From positions 434,001-485,798 of the forward strand of contig JBODTK010000127.1 of NCBI GenBank assembly GCA_050613775.1: a stretch of 51,798 bases of DNA. Reading direction: 5' to 3'. Shown piece by piece: positions 1 to 14,547 of the stretch. The translations under genes and the position numbers were made by a program. How positions within the stretch are numbered: the stretch's first letter is position 1; each line of letters begins with the position of its first letter. Under the pieces are notes generated by a model that worked only from the letters and a program-made list of their open reading frames with translations, was not told where the DNA came from and ran no database searches. The DNA comes from Neocallimastix sp. 'constans'. Its lineage: Eukaryota.

Positions 1-1367
1 TAAATGTAGTAAAAGCGTAAATTTATGTATTAATCTAATTTTTATTGTATTTATATTAGAAAATAATTTATATATTTTATTTTTTAATTTAACCATTAAT
101 GAAAGTAAATTAATATAGGAAAATTTTATTATAGTAAATAATTATAAAAGAGAAAATACTTAGAAATAGTTTAGTTCTCTGTCCAAGAATAAGATATATT
201 AGATTTATAGTAATTCTTGAGAATCAAAGTGTAAAAATAAATATTAATTTTAGGAATAAATGTTAGTTTACATTTTAAATAATGATAAGTAAATGTAATT
301 CTTCTAAATAAATAAAATTTAAATAAAATAATTTTTATAAAACATATAAATTATATCCCCATTCAAAAGAACAAACCTTAAAAGAACCGAACCTGAACTT
401 CATACTTTATCATATATTACTTTATTAAATTTAGTCATTTTATAAAAATGTCTCATACAATTATTAGATTTTTAAAAATAAAGTTTATAAAAAATATTAA
501 ATTTATAAAATTTATATGAAATTATTAAAAAAAAAAGTTATTACCAATCTTTATTTAATTTTTCTACATTATTATTAAATTAGTTTATTTATATATTACA
601 TATATTAATATATTTTGTAATGTTTATTTAGTATAGATTAAAAATTTTAATTAAATAATATTTAAATATCATATAATATATTTTATTAATAATAAAATTA
701 CATATTAATATTATTATTTAATATTTATTTTGAAGGTATAAAAAATATTATAGACTATATAGTATTTATTCCATATAATATTTTATATCTATATTACTAT
801 TTAATTTTAATATATTTTGTGCTATTTTGTATATTTATTATTCTTTTTTTTTTTATTGTGAAATAATCTATTCATTAATTAAATTGTCATTGTTTTAAAC
901 TAAAATCATTTTTATATCATTAATAAATAAGGTTGAACAGTTTTAATACAATATATTAATATATTATTTATTATAATATTTATTATTAATCAAAAATAAT
1001 AATAATAATAATTATTATTATTCTATATCTATTCATATTATTTTATATATTTAAAAAAAATTTTTTATATTATATTATTAATTTTTTTTTTTTTTTTTTT
1101 TAAATTTTAATTTTATTTTATATAAAAAAGTTTATTAATTTATCAATATTTATAAAGGTTTAAATAATTCCTTTACTTTAGTTTAAATTCAATTATACTT
1201 TTAATTAAAATTATATAAATAATAAAGTAAAAAAATTGATTTTTTTTATTTTATTAAGTATTAATTTAATTAAATGAAAATAAAGTTTTATTTCTGGTAA
1301 AAATAAAACGATAATAAAAAAATAATTAATAATAAAGGTAGAATTATTTTATTTTAAAAAAAAAAAA

Positions 1368-2934
1368 ATGAAATTCTTCGCCATTATTACATTCTTTTTA
1401 TTGACACTAATCAAATATTCTTTTGCAGTTTGGGAAACTCTTATCAGCAATTCCCTTACTGATTATGAAACCTTTGAAAAATATTGGAATTATAAATATC
1501 CATGGGGTTCAGGTATATAATTATATATTCTTAAATAATATTTATTAAAATTAAAAATATGAAAATAATTGTTAAAAAAAAAGATTAAAAATAAAAATAT
1601 GAAAAGAAATCCTAAGAATAAAAGTATATATCAGATATTAAATAAATATACAATATTAATGTTTATAATTTTAAAGATCACAATGGTTCAGCTCGTATGT
1701 ATGGTACTAGTACTGATCATACACACGTTTATTTAAAGGAAAATACAGTTGTTCTTTTTGCTAAAAGAATTAACTGGGATGAAGGAAAAAGTACTTCTAA
1801 CCCACATCCAGCAATTCATTATCATTCTGGTGCAATCCACTCAAAGCAAACTTTCACGGTAAATGATCAATATCCAAACTATGAAATTAAAGGTGAATTC
1901 ATGGTTCCAACTAATTCAGGTACATGGCCAGCGTTCTGGTTAAATGGTGCAAAAACATGGCCACCAGAAATTGATATTGTTGAATTTAAGGGTAGTAACG
2001 TTAATTGGTTTAATACTTTCCGTACTTCAAGTGATGTTTCAACTTACAAGACCACTATTAATAATAAAGGTGCCTGGCATGAATACCGTATTTGGATAAC
2101 TAAAGTTTCAAATACTAACATAGATATTCACTTTTACATTGATGGTGTTTGGAAAGCAAAGCATACTGCTAATCACGTTGGAAAGCCATTCCATTTAATT
2201 ATGAATTTACAAATGGAAGGTAGTTCTGGTGGTAATGGTCCAAGTTCAAATACTTACTTCAGAGGTAAAAATATTTACGTTGGTAGAACCAGAGAATGGT
2301 AAACATTTATAGGCTATATTATTAGTTAAAATAACAAAAAAAAAAAAAAATAATAATATAGTTTGTAAAAGATTATATAAAATAAATTTCTCTTTTATTT
2401 ATAAATTAAAATTATGTATTGAAATATATTTAATTTATTCTAATACTTTTTTTTTTTTATTATTTTTTATTTAAAAAAAATTTTAAATGCATATAAATAC
2501 TTTATCCATTCTATTAATTATATAATTGTATATATAAATTATAAATAATAAATTTAATATTATCAAAATAAAACAGTGTTGGTGATGAGTGCTCTAATCA
2601 ATCTAATGCATCACCAACAACTACTACCAATGAAAAAACTACAACTAAAGCAACTCAACCAGCACAAACAAATGAAGCTAATTCATGTTTTTCCTATCCA
2701 ACTTATCCATGTTGTAAAGGAAATACTGTAATTTATACTGATGAGCAAGGTGCATGGGGTATTGAAAATGATAACTGGTGTGGAATAGAATCATCATCAA
2801 CTCCGTCATCATCAGCTTCATGCTGGGCAAAGTCATTAGGTTATAATTGCTGTTCTCATTGTTCAGTATCCTATACTGATGAAAATGGAAAATGGGGTGT
2901 TGAAAATAATGTGTGGTGTGGTATTACATGTTGA
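1368..2934 (+). CDS. Secreted glycoside hydrolase family 16 (endo-beta-1,3-galactanase-like) with C-terminal linker and two fungal dockerin (CBM10-like) domains; exons 1368-1512, 1677-2298, 2577-2934
   Basis: Signal-peptide-like start [20 protein letters not shown]. The GT-AG intron 1513-1676 restores [17 protein letters not shown], which I recognise from fungal GH16 endo-beta-1,3-galactanases. GH16 motifs WPAFW and EIDIVE are present. Exon 2577-2934 is in phase (TG|T = Cys) and encodes a Thr-rich linker plus two C-x-YxCC...YTD..GxWGxEN..WCGI repeats. Confidence 0.88.
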
Positions 2935-3177
2935 ATATAATAAATATTAGTTATAATTTAAACCACATGAGATAATTAAGAAAAAAATATTATTAATAAT
3001 AATAATAAAAGAATAAAAAATAATACATATAATTAAATTTTAATATATTTATGTATATTAAAAAATAATTTTTTTATTATTGTATTCTTTATTATGACTA
3101 TTATTCATATATTGAATGAAAAAATTTCAAACAAAAAATATAAATCTCGAAACAAAGATAAAAAATAAAACAAATAA

Positions 3178-3214
<37 letters not shown>

Positions 3215-4649
3215 GTAAATAAACATGTAAAAATTAAACAATAAACAAAACAAGACAAAAAAAAAAAAAAAAGATATTATCGAATTGTAGTATGATTTTT
3301 AGGTTTTTGTTTTTTTATTAATGATTGTTTATATATACTTTATAAATATTAAAAATACTATAATATATGTATATTCAAATGATCTTATATCATATACCCC
3401 TGTTTTTATAAGTTTATTAACATTTAAACCCTTACAATTTATAAAATAAATAAATAATAATTAATAATATAAATGTGTATTAAATATTAATATATATTAT
3501 AAACATAAAAAAAAAAATTCAATATATATCACTGAAGTAAATGGTTGTAAATGGTTATAAAAAATATATATTTGAATACATAAAATATAAATAATTTTAA
3601 TTATTTATATTTTATGTATGCATTAATTAATTCATTCCATGTTTTTGGTGTTCTTTTCTAAAATATATATTTAAATATTTTGGATTTGAATAAAACTAAA
3701 TAATACTTAATTGGGGATATAAATAAATACTTAATATAAAAAATAATCGAAATTTTCAATAGAATTAAAAAAAAAAAAAAAAAAAAAAAAATTTCAATAT
3801 TTATTGAAATTTTTTTAATTATTAATATAGCTTTTTAATTATTAATTATTAAATCTTGTTAATATTATCAAATTATAATTATTAGTAATATAATTTTTAG
3901 TTTTTCATAAAATTATTTTTAGGAATTTTACATAATTTATTAAAAAAATTTCTTTATAGTAGTATTTTTGCTTACAGTATCCTGAGCTAGCTCATAAGTG
4001 GATAATAATGAAGCTAATGTTAAGAGCTTCCCAATAAAACTGGTTAGAAATCAATAGTACTACGAGTTATGAAATTAAGGCATGTTTGTGTTTTTCACTT
4101 TTTCTTAAAAAGGTTAATTGTTTAAAATTAATATATTTATGATCCAATCCTTAAAATAATTCTATTTCACAAAAAGTTTCATATATTTTTTATATTGAAT
4201 TTTTCTAGTGAAAAGTGAATTAATTAAAAACTATTACATATTGTGTAAGAATCTATAATTATTTTGTTAAGAATAAATTATATTTTCTTAGTTAACAGTT
4301 AATAAAACTTTTATATAATTCATATTAAATTTATACATTTAAATATAATTACTAATATAATTAAGTTTTTATCATTGTTGTGAATTAATAAAAAAAAGTT
4401 CAATTTTTATTTATTTATTTATATGTGAAAAATTAATTATAATACATTTGTAACTAATTATTTAGAATTTTTTTAAAAAATTTCATATAAATAATTTATA
4501 TAAATTATTCGTAATATAGAAACTTTTAGTAACTTTTAGAAGAATAAAAGTAAAATTCATTTATTAATAAATACTTTAGAGTTTGTGAGGAATGGAGAAT
4601 AGAGGAAAGTTTAGTTTAAATTATTTGTTAATTCTTTAAAGCAAGATGT

Positions 4650-6480
4650 CCCCACTAAGACTCGAGCTACAGTGAAGCATGAGTCCTAGTTAAACTTGAG
4701 TATATTCGTCAAGTGAACATTTCTGTTCTTTTGAACGTCAGTAACAGGGTCAGCTAAGATGACCATATTGAATTGTTTCTTGATTACCTTTAACGGTCCA
4801 CAAAGTTAAGGTTCCAGTTTTGTTTGGGTAAAATTCCATACTAATACTAAATCAACATGTTTAATTCCTTTTGCATGGTTCATACTGTTCTTTTTTTCTT
4901 TTCTAGTAGCCCAGTATTTGGATGCATTTTTAATATTTTCAGCAACTTCTACTGTTTTAGGTAGCGTGAAATGAATTTTTCAAGGGATATTTCATCATGA
5001 GATTTATTTATTTCTTTAGTAAGTCTAGCAGCGATGCCAAATGGTTGTTGATCTTCTCTTGGATATATTAATTCAAAACTAGAACGATTAGTAAAGGAAT
5101 TCTTTGTGGTTTTTAAGGCCCATAAAGCGGATGGTAGAACTTCATCCCAATCTCTTTATATTTCTCCCAACAATCTTAACAGGTTTCTAATCTCCTTGTT
5201 GGAATTCTCTGCTAGTCCATTGATTTCAGGATGATAAATGGTAACGAATTTTACATAAACACCATATAAATTCAAGAAGATTTTAGTCATATCCTAGGAG
5301 AATTGAGTACCATTATTGGTCGTTATTAATTGAGATATTCCATGTCTTGGTCAGCTTCTACTCACTTGGTGAAATAGTCAAACTATTATATATTGATTTC
5401 TATTTTTTCATTTGTTCGAGAGGTCCAATAATGTCAAAACCCAAATGAGTAAAAGGTCCTTCAATTGGAGTAGAAATATCTTCAATTGGCTCTGTGTATT
5501 GTTGAAGTCTATTCAACTGGTATTTTTCATATTTATTAAAGATTATTTTAGTATCATTAACCAATATCGTTCCAATAATAGTTTTTTCAAAATCTTTAGT
5601 AAGTCTTATCGTATCCTTCATGAGCTTCAAAAATAAGTTTAAGTTTATCTTTAGCATCTGTAATAAGATTCCTGTAATTATCACCGTCAATATGGTAATC
5701 AATACTGTCAATCGTGGTAAACATTTATTCAATAATTTCTTTAATTACTTTATATAATAGATTCTCATCTTTTTCTTGTATTACTCTGGTAGTTAAGATA
5801 ACTTTTTTCTTTTTATCTTTTCATTCTTGATAGGGCATTATGAACAACATTATTCTTTCCGGTTTCATAACGAAGGTTGATGTTTAGTGTATTTATGAAT
5901 ATAGAACTATCACATATGTCTTATATTTTGAAGTTCTTTATTCTTTAGGGTCTATCATCGGAATAAATAGATGTTGGGATAAGGTTTCCCATAATATAAG
6001 ACTTAAACTTATTTCTGCAATAGATTAAAGCAGCACCTTTTAAATCAGTGATCCCATAATTCTTTTCAATTTTTGTTAAACTTCTGCTTATGTAGAAATC
6101 TCTCTACACCGTCATAAGAAGCATCCGTTGGAATAATGAATTCTTTTTCAAAACGAAGAAATTTATGAATAGGAGTATTAATTAGTTTTTCTTTAAGAAG
6201 TTTGAAGCTTTCTTCTTAATTATCAGTCCATATAAGTTTTTGTCTTTTTCTTAATAATTTACACAAAGGTGCAAATGTCCTGGGGTATTCATTAATAAAA
6301 TTTCTATATCCTATAAATCCTAAAAATGATTTTAATTCATTAATATTGTTTGGAGGTAATCAATCTTTGATTGCTTTAATTTTATCATTCAAAGGGCTCA
6401 TTCCTTTATCAGATACTTTATGGTCCTAATAATTTTATTTCGGATTGCATAAATAATCCAATTTTCTTCAATTAAAATTT
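4650..6480 (-). mobile_element. Decayed Ty3/gypsy LTR-retrotransposon pol remnant (RT thumb, RNase H, integrase); boundaries approximate
   Basis: Minus-strand fragments occur in gypsy order. They are DKIKAIKD*LPPNNINELKSFLGFIGYRKFI (~6290-6390), FIIPTDASYDG (~6105-6140), PFTHLGFDIIGPL (~5420-5460), TNNGTQF (~5300), YHPEINGLAE (~5210-5240) and KLEP*LCGPLKV (~4790-4820). There are many stops and frameshifts, and no LTRs were confidently located. Confidence 0.85.
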
Positions 6481-7561
6481 CTAATTATAACAAGATCTCA
6501 TGGTTTAAATACACTTCTTAATCTTTTTATTTGCCTTTTCTTATCTTTCCATATTTCATGATATTATTAAACTATAAGTTATTTCTATTCTAAATTATCT
6601 TTTTGTTTTTCTTGAATAAAATAATTTTTAAATTCTTTAATTCGATTTAATATTGTTAAAATAATATATTATATATATTTGTAATCTAAAAGTTTTCTCT
6701 AAAGCAAAGTATTTAATATTAATATACTATTAATATTGTATGTACCTAAGGCATATCTTTTAATATATGGTTTATAAATATCATTTATATGATGGAAACC
6801 TTTTTCTTTAAGGGTGATATTATACCATCTCATTTTATGAAAATACCTCTTGTATTCTTATATATATTGGGTTTTACATCACTTAATAATAATAATAATG
6901 ACTAATTTTTGAAATTTTTATAATATTTTAAAAAAAATTATAAAAACTGGAATTATTATAGCAATATAGAACATATAACAAATAATACCTCGGAATCTTT
7001 CAATAATAATTTAAATAATTTATTTATAAAAAAAAAACTTCCTTTTATAAAATAATATATACATAAAAAAAAAAAAAAAAAGAATTTATCTCATTACTAT
7101 GGGAAAAGTGGAAGAATTTAAAAAAAAAAAAAAGGTATTAGGAAGAGCTGATGAAATCAATATACTTAATTGAAAAATACTAAACAATGGAATCCAAATT
7201 AATTGATATTGGAAGACCTAGAACGAATATTGTTGAAATATGGTTTAATGGTTTAAATGTTCAATAAACTTAAATAATATAAATACTGATATGTAATAAA
7301 TAACAAAGTAATAATTAAATGAAAAATATTATTAAAATTTTGTGGTACAAAATTATTATTAATAGTTAAAATTATAAATTCTTTAAAATTAAAAATCTAT
7401 AATAAAATTTAATTTAAAAAAAAAAAAATATTAAAAAATATATCTATATCATTAAATATTTCCAGATAAATATTTTATTATTATTTTTCATTTTATATTT
7501 TTATTAAAAACTTTTATATCTATATCATAAATTTTATGAATACTGTAAAATTAATAATAAA

Positions 7562-7606
<45 letters not shown>

Positions 7607-9824
7607 TTTTATTTAAAAATTTTTAAAGATTATTTTATTTTTAAAGAATATTATGTTTTTATTTTTGGAATATTTAAAGAATACTTTTATATACTTTAAA
7701 GATATATAAATTATTTTAATATTTAATTTTTTTTTTTTTTAATTCATTTAAAACACTTTTTATAGATTTCAAGAATATTATATTTTTTTGAAATATATAT
7801 AATGAAAATTTCAAAAACATTTTATTTTTAAATGTTTTGTATATTTACTAAACTTTAATGATAATTATTCATGTAAAATACATTTTATGGATCAAACATA
7901 TATCAATACATTAAATATATTTCTTAATATTAATTATATAAAAGACGCTTATAGAAAAAAAAATTTTTTTTAAAAATAAACTCTTCACACTTAAAGAAGA
8001 AAAATTAAAAATAAACTATTTGTATCATAAACTATATATTATTATTATATATCCTATTTATTTGTAATGAACTATAAAATATTTGAAATAATAATAAAAA
8101 TATAACAAAATATAAGTATTAATTAAAATTATAAACCAAAAATACTGATTTTCTAAAATAAAAAAAATTGGAAAAGTATGATAAAAATAAAAAAATCTTT
8201 AACCCTAATTTGACATTATTTATTCAAATTATTTATTTATTAATTTATTTATAAATTATTGAAAAAGCCACATTTTCATAAATACAACTTTCTGGTATGA
8301 ATCACTTCATAATCTTTATTATTATTATTATAAAAAATAAATAAAAAAATTTATAAAATTTTACTTCGAAAAAGTTCATTTTGTTATTTATTAATAAAAT
8401 GTTATTAATTATACTTAAATATTAAATTAATAATAATTTACCCATATAGAAATGTTTATACATTTATTTATTGATAATTGTAAATTCTTTGCTATATACA
8501 TTTTTTTTTTATAGCTTTGAAATTTATTGGTGGGGATACTTTAATTAAAATTTTTAAATATATAGTCAAATTAATAAAATTTAAATACATGCTTTATTAT
8601 GCTTTATTAGTTTTAGTTATGACAAATAAATAAATAAAAATAAATAAATAAATAAATTATAAAGTTTTGTTTTGTCAATATTTCCATTTATTGAAAAGAA
8701 AAATAAATAAAGAATTACTAAATATTTTAAATATAAAAGTTGCATTTGATATTAATGTATTAAAATTCTAATATATTTAAAATTCAATTATTAATATAAA
8801 TAATTATAAATAATTATAATTATAATAATATTATTATTTATAGAGAATTAAATAGAACAATAATATTATAATTAGTTAATTTATAATGTATATATAAATG
8901 AATAATTATTGAAAATTTAACAATATTATTCAATATTGACAATTTATTTTAATGGTTATTTAAAGTTAATATTACCTATTTTAAAAATTAAACTTTTTAT
9001 ATAGAACACTTAATACATTATTTTATATATTGTCTTTAATACATATTATAATTATAAATAAGAAGAATTGACGGAATTTTTTCCTAATATTTATATTAAA
9101 AGCATGAATAATTTTTTTTTTTTTTCAAATAAAAAAAAAATAGATTGTTTCTGTAGATGGCTTTATTATTAAGTTTTTTTTTTTTTTTTATTTTGGTTAA
9201 TTAAAATAATATAGATCAAAATTTTTAATATACTAATATATGTTAAAAGTAAATTATAAGTCTCTTCTAATATTATATAGAATTTCAATTAATTTAATTG
9301 TTAGTTTATTTATTTCATAAAATTTTAAACTATATTTTATAGAATACTCTTATAATTAAATAAATCTGGTTTAAATGTACAATGTATAAATTTTTAATAG
9401 AAATTTATTAAATTCATATTTATTTGATATAATTAAACTTTATTTTTTTAAGGTATATTAAATTTTATTTTTACCAATTAAATTTTTAATTATTAAAAAT
9501 TTATATAAATATATAAATATATTAAAGTACCTTTAAAAAAAAAGTAAAAATCAATAAAATATCTCTTTTTTATTTTACCTTTTTAATATACTCAAAAATT
9601 AATTAATAGTGGTAAGTAAAAATAATGAGTTATGAAAATATAAAGTTGAAGTGATATATACAAATATACGTGAAATGAATATTTTTATATAATGTTATTT
9701 TGTAACTAGAATTTCAAAAATTGAAAGTCATTATTTAAATAATAAAAACATTAATTCTTATTATATTTATTTCTTTATTTCGATATAATTATATTTAAAA
9801 AATAATAAAAATTAAATAAAGAAT

Positions 9825-10709
9825 ATGTCTCAGATTACTAAACATGTATTAAAGCCACTTCCATACTCTTTAAACGCGCTCGCTCCATTTATTTCAGAGG
9901 AAACTCTTCGTTATGTAAGTTAATGAGAAAACTGTAATTAATGGAATATACATTTTAAATATTTTTTATTTATTTTTTATAAAAATATTTATTTAAATAA
10001 AATTTTAGCATTATGGAAAGCATCATCAAAGTTACGTTAATAACTTAAATAATTTATTATCTCTTAAAGAAAATAGTGATTTCGCTAATAAGTCTTTGAT
10101 TGAAATTATTCAAAACAAATCTGTTAGTGCTGGTCTTTTCAACAATGCTGCTCAAGTTTATAATCATGACTTTTACTGGGAATCTCTTACCCCACCAAAG
10201 AGTGAAGGAAACCCATTACCAACTGGTAAAATTTCAGAAGAATTAATAAAAAATTTTGGTTCTTATGAATCTTTCAAAGACCAATTCTCTAAAGGTATAA
10301 GCAAAATTTAATATTCATATAAAATATAATATAATAAATATTTATTTTATTTGTATTTATATTCAATTATTAATGAAATGGAAAAAAAAAAATAAATATA
10401 TATTTTAATATTAATAATTATTTTAATTTAATTTTGAACTCATTTAATTTAATTATAATAGCTTCTACCGGACGTTTTGGTTCTGGTTGGGCTTGGCTTG
10501 TTCAAAACACCAAAACTGGTAAGTTAGAAATTATGTCAACTTCAAACGCTGATAATCCATTAACTACTCCGGACTTAAAACCAATTTTAACTTGTGATGT
10601 TTGGGAGCACGCCTATTATATTGATTACAGAAATGATAGAGGAAAGTATGTTCAAGATGCTTTTTGGAAATTAGTTAACTGGGACTTTGCTAATAAGAAT
10701 CTTCAATAA
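9825..10709 (+). CDS. sodB: Iron superoxide dismutase (bacterial SodB-like); exons 9825-9914, 10009-10294, 10462-10709
   Basis: The spliced product reads [36 protein letters not shown]...[14 protein letters not shown]...FGSGWAWL...TSNADNP...[13 protein letters not shown]. All four metal ligands are present. The AAQ and SNA signatures are typical of Fe- rather than Mn-specific enzymes. Two in-phase GT-AG introns. Confidence 0.93.
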
Positions 10710-10773
10710 ATAAATTGTTAATAAAAAAATAATAATAAAAAAAAAATTTAGTATTAATTATTAATAATAAAAC

Positions 10774-10822
<49 letters not shown>

Positions 10823-11212
10823 AATGTGAGATGCTAGGTGAAATCAATATTATTAAATTAAAAAAAAAAAATGTAATAAGAATAATAATTATTAAAAGGC
10901 AAATAAAAATATTAAATACTACATAAAAACAATTAAAGTTTTTTATTATTATTATTATTGTTATTATTAATTCAGAAACAAAAAAAAAAAAAAAAAGAAA
11001 AAAAAAAAGACAAAAAGTAATTCATATATATATAATTTGATATTTGAATATAAATATATATTAAATATATATTTTTTTATGTATATATATTTATATATTC
11101 GTAATTTAATATGTGTTTTAGACTTTTATAGTTTGCTTTTTTATTTTCTAATTTTATTGATATTTTTATCTATATATATTTATTATTATTATTTATTAAT
11201 TAAAAAAAAAAT

Positions 11213-11243
<31 letters not shown>

Positions 11244-11727
11244 AGTTATTGTGTTATAATATATTAAATAAATCTTTTTTTTATAATTATTTATAAACTT
11301 TAATATTTTATATTGTGCTTCTTTATTTTTATTTTATTTTTTTTTTTTTTATTTAAAAAAAAATATAGTTTTATCATAGGAACGACTAATTAAAAGACTC
11401 ATAAATAAAGTTAAAGTTCGCAATAATTGCTGTTGTAAAAAAAAAAAAAAATTCGATTGAGAGAGTCTTCTTTTCCGATTTCATATTTTGTGAGGTTTAT
11501 GGACTCCCTTACTAATGTTATTTGAATAGTAAATATCTTGATAGTTTTTAAATTATTTTGTACGGAATTATCATCACATTCAAATTTTATGTCTTTATAA
11601 AGACATAATATAAATAGGTATATACAAAAACAACTGATTGCTAATATAACTAATATTTCAACTTTTCAACTAATTTTAGATGTTTTAAAAAATATATATT
11701 TTATTTTTATTTTTATTTTTATTTTTA

Positions 11728-11758
<31 letters not shown>

Positions 11759-12969
11759 TTTATTTTTAAATTCTAGTTTTAAATTTATATTTACATATTT
11801 TTATTTTTATTTTAGATCTAATTTAAATTTAATAAAATTTATGAAATTTTTATTTATTTTTAATTTTTAAACTTTTCAACTGAAATGTTTATCATTAATA
11901 TTATTGTTATAGAATTTAGAGCTGTACTCTGTTCGTAAAGTTTCATGTTATACTTTTCTCCATTCGATGATTATTTATCACTTCAACCAGTTATATCTAA
12001 TCTAAATTTAGGAAGTCTTTACTCTAATTTTTCAATTTTCTAATGAACAACAAGGTTTATTTAACTTCTAAAAAAAAAAACATATTTTACAATTTTGTAT
12101 TTTCAGTAAAGTCATTTATTATGCTCTTTTTCTTGGTTCCAATAAAATTTGTATCAGGAGTATTCAATCTTTAATTAATAGTGGCATGCTATGGGCTATG
12201 GTGTCTTGGTTGATTTTATAATATTAATAAAGAAATTAATAAATCAAAATAATGGAAGTGTATTCTCTTCCTAGTCAAAAAAAAAAAAAAAAAAAAAAAA
12301 AAATTATAAGATAACATATAAATTTTTTTGTGGGGAAGATCTTATAGAATCATCGATGTTTTCTCTAATTCATTAGAAGTTTCTTCTTTAAAAATTTAAG
12401 GGAAAGTATGATTTTTTAAAAATTCTCTTATTAATTTAAAACAAAAAGGATACTTTCTTTTTTTGAACATTTTAATAATGAAATTCATCTTCAATAGTGT
12501 AATTATTTTTAATATTTAAATTTATGTTAATATTAATTTTATTTATATATATTTTTTCCTCTATAAAAATTTTAAATTTATTGATCTAATTTATTAATAT
12601 ATATATATATAATCCATGTATTATAATTAATTTATCCATAAATGAATAATTAATTTCATTGAAGTATTAAAATAATAAATAAATAAATAGATAAATAAAT
12701 AATTGTTATTGTAACGTTGTATTATTTTAATAATAATAATCATAATAATTTTTTTTATTATTAAAAATAAGAAATTAAAAAATAATATATAAAGAATTGA
12801 AAGTTATTAATTGTTATAATGAAAAATCAAAGTATTATTTTAAACTTTTAAATTATAGAGTATATATCATTTTTACTAATATCATATTATTAAATATGAA
12901 AATATATTATTAAAATATATTCAAAAAAATATATATTTATAAATAAAATTATTAAAAAAAAAAAAAAAG

Positions 12970-13000
<31 letters not shown>

Positions 13001-14028
13001 AAATTATAAAAACTGTTAAAAATAAAAAAAAAAAAAAAAGTAAAAATAAAACTAAAAAAAAACATAAATATAATATAATATAATAACAAACTGAGTAATA
13101 AATTTTTAGATTAATTATAAATAAATAAATGAATTGTGGAGACTGTCTAAAAAAGAATTATAATAATGATAAACCCTTATCTAAAAGAATATTTCATGTT
13201 ATATTAGTATTTTTTGTTGTTTGGCAAATTGGTTTTAGTCATTTAGCTCAAGCGTTCTTTTTTCCAAAAAAACAAGAAAATAAAAAACCTGACAAAAAAC
13301 CTGATTATAAAAAAGATTTTCTGGAGAAAATAGTAATAGTTCACGTATCGAAGACTTCAATTGTTTTTGATTGTAATTTTTATTTTTTTAATTATTTTCG
13401 GAGTCTTAATAGGAGTAATTTTATTTTTATACAAAATTATAAGAATGTTAATTAAAAAAGCAAAATCATTTATTCAAAATAACAGGTGAACAAAAAAGTC
13501 ATAATAATGGAAGTATGGGAGGTTACAACAACACTACAACTACAAAGGAAGAAGTACATTGGAAAAAGAAAAAAGAGAAAGAGAACGACAGATATCTGAA
13601 ATTAGAGAAGAAGAAAAGAAAACAAAATAAATTTAATTTAAATAAATATAAATTATTTTTTTTTAAAAAAAAAAAAAAAAAAAAAGAAAATAAAAAATAA
13701 CAAGTAAAATAAAATAAGAGAAATTTACAAATTTATACTTTTAAATATATTAAATTAATTTTAATATATATATTAATTTTATTTTAAGAATATATATATA
13801 TTAATTTATTACTAGAAACAATTTGGAGTTTTTTATCATTTTACAATTATTACATAATATTTTTTTTTATTTTACAATTTTCTCTTATTATTATATAAAT
13901 TTTTCTTTTTTGAAAAACGTAAAAAGTAAAAAAAAAAAAAAAATATTTCTTATATTTTATTAATATATATGTACTTTTTAGATAAATAATATTTTTATTT
14001 ATTTAAACTAGATATATAATGAAAATTT

Positions 14029-14076
<48 letters not shown>

Positions 14077-14507
14077 TCAATAATACTAATAATAATAATT
14101 AAATAAATATATTAATAAATATACATATATAAATTTATAACTATGTAAAAAAAAAAAAAAAAATTAAATTCTTATATAATTTTTCTATATTATTATAAAA
14201 TTGAATTAAAATAAATAATATAATTTAATGGATGGAATATTAAATCATATTTTCCTTTTCGATATTATTAAAAAGACATTAATAATAATAGTAGACCATG
14301 AAAAAATATCTCAATAGTTGAATTCCTATTCGTGAATTTTGCTTTAAATAATACTTTATTACTATTATTAAACATGCCTTACTTTAAAGAAACAACAGTA
14401 AATTTTGAACCTTTAAAACGAGTTCTTAAAAATTTGCTAATATTTTGATTATGTAATAAATTAAGATCAGTATCAATACTATTCTCAAGGTATATAATTC
14501 TGAAACC

Positions 14508-14547
<40 letters not shown>

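Noticed and set aside
3960..4120. GC-richer patch with palindrome TGAGCTAGCTCA as a possible gypsy LTR
   Set aside because: No partner repeat, TG...CA boundary or target duplication could be found in the window.
8198..8210. AACCCTAA telomere-like word
   Set aside because: It is a single copy, as expected by chance.
11037..11267. Hydrophobic I/Y/F/L-rich ORFs here and at 30305, 35328, 38202 and 45242
   Set aside because: These are chance frames in nearly pure A/T sequence or introns.
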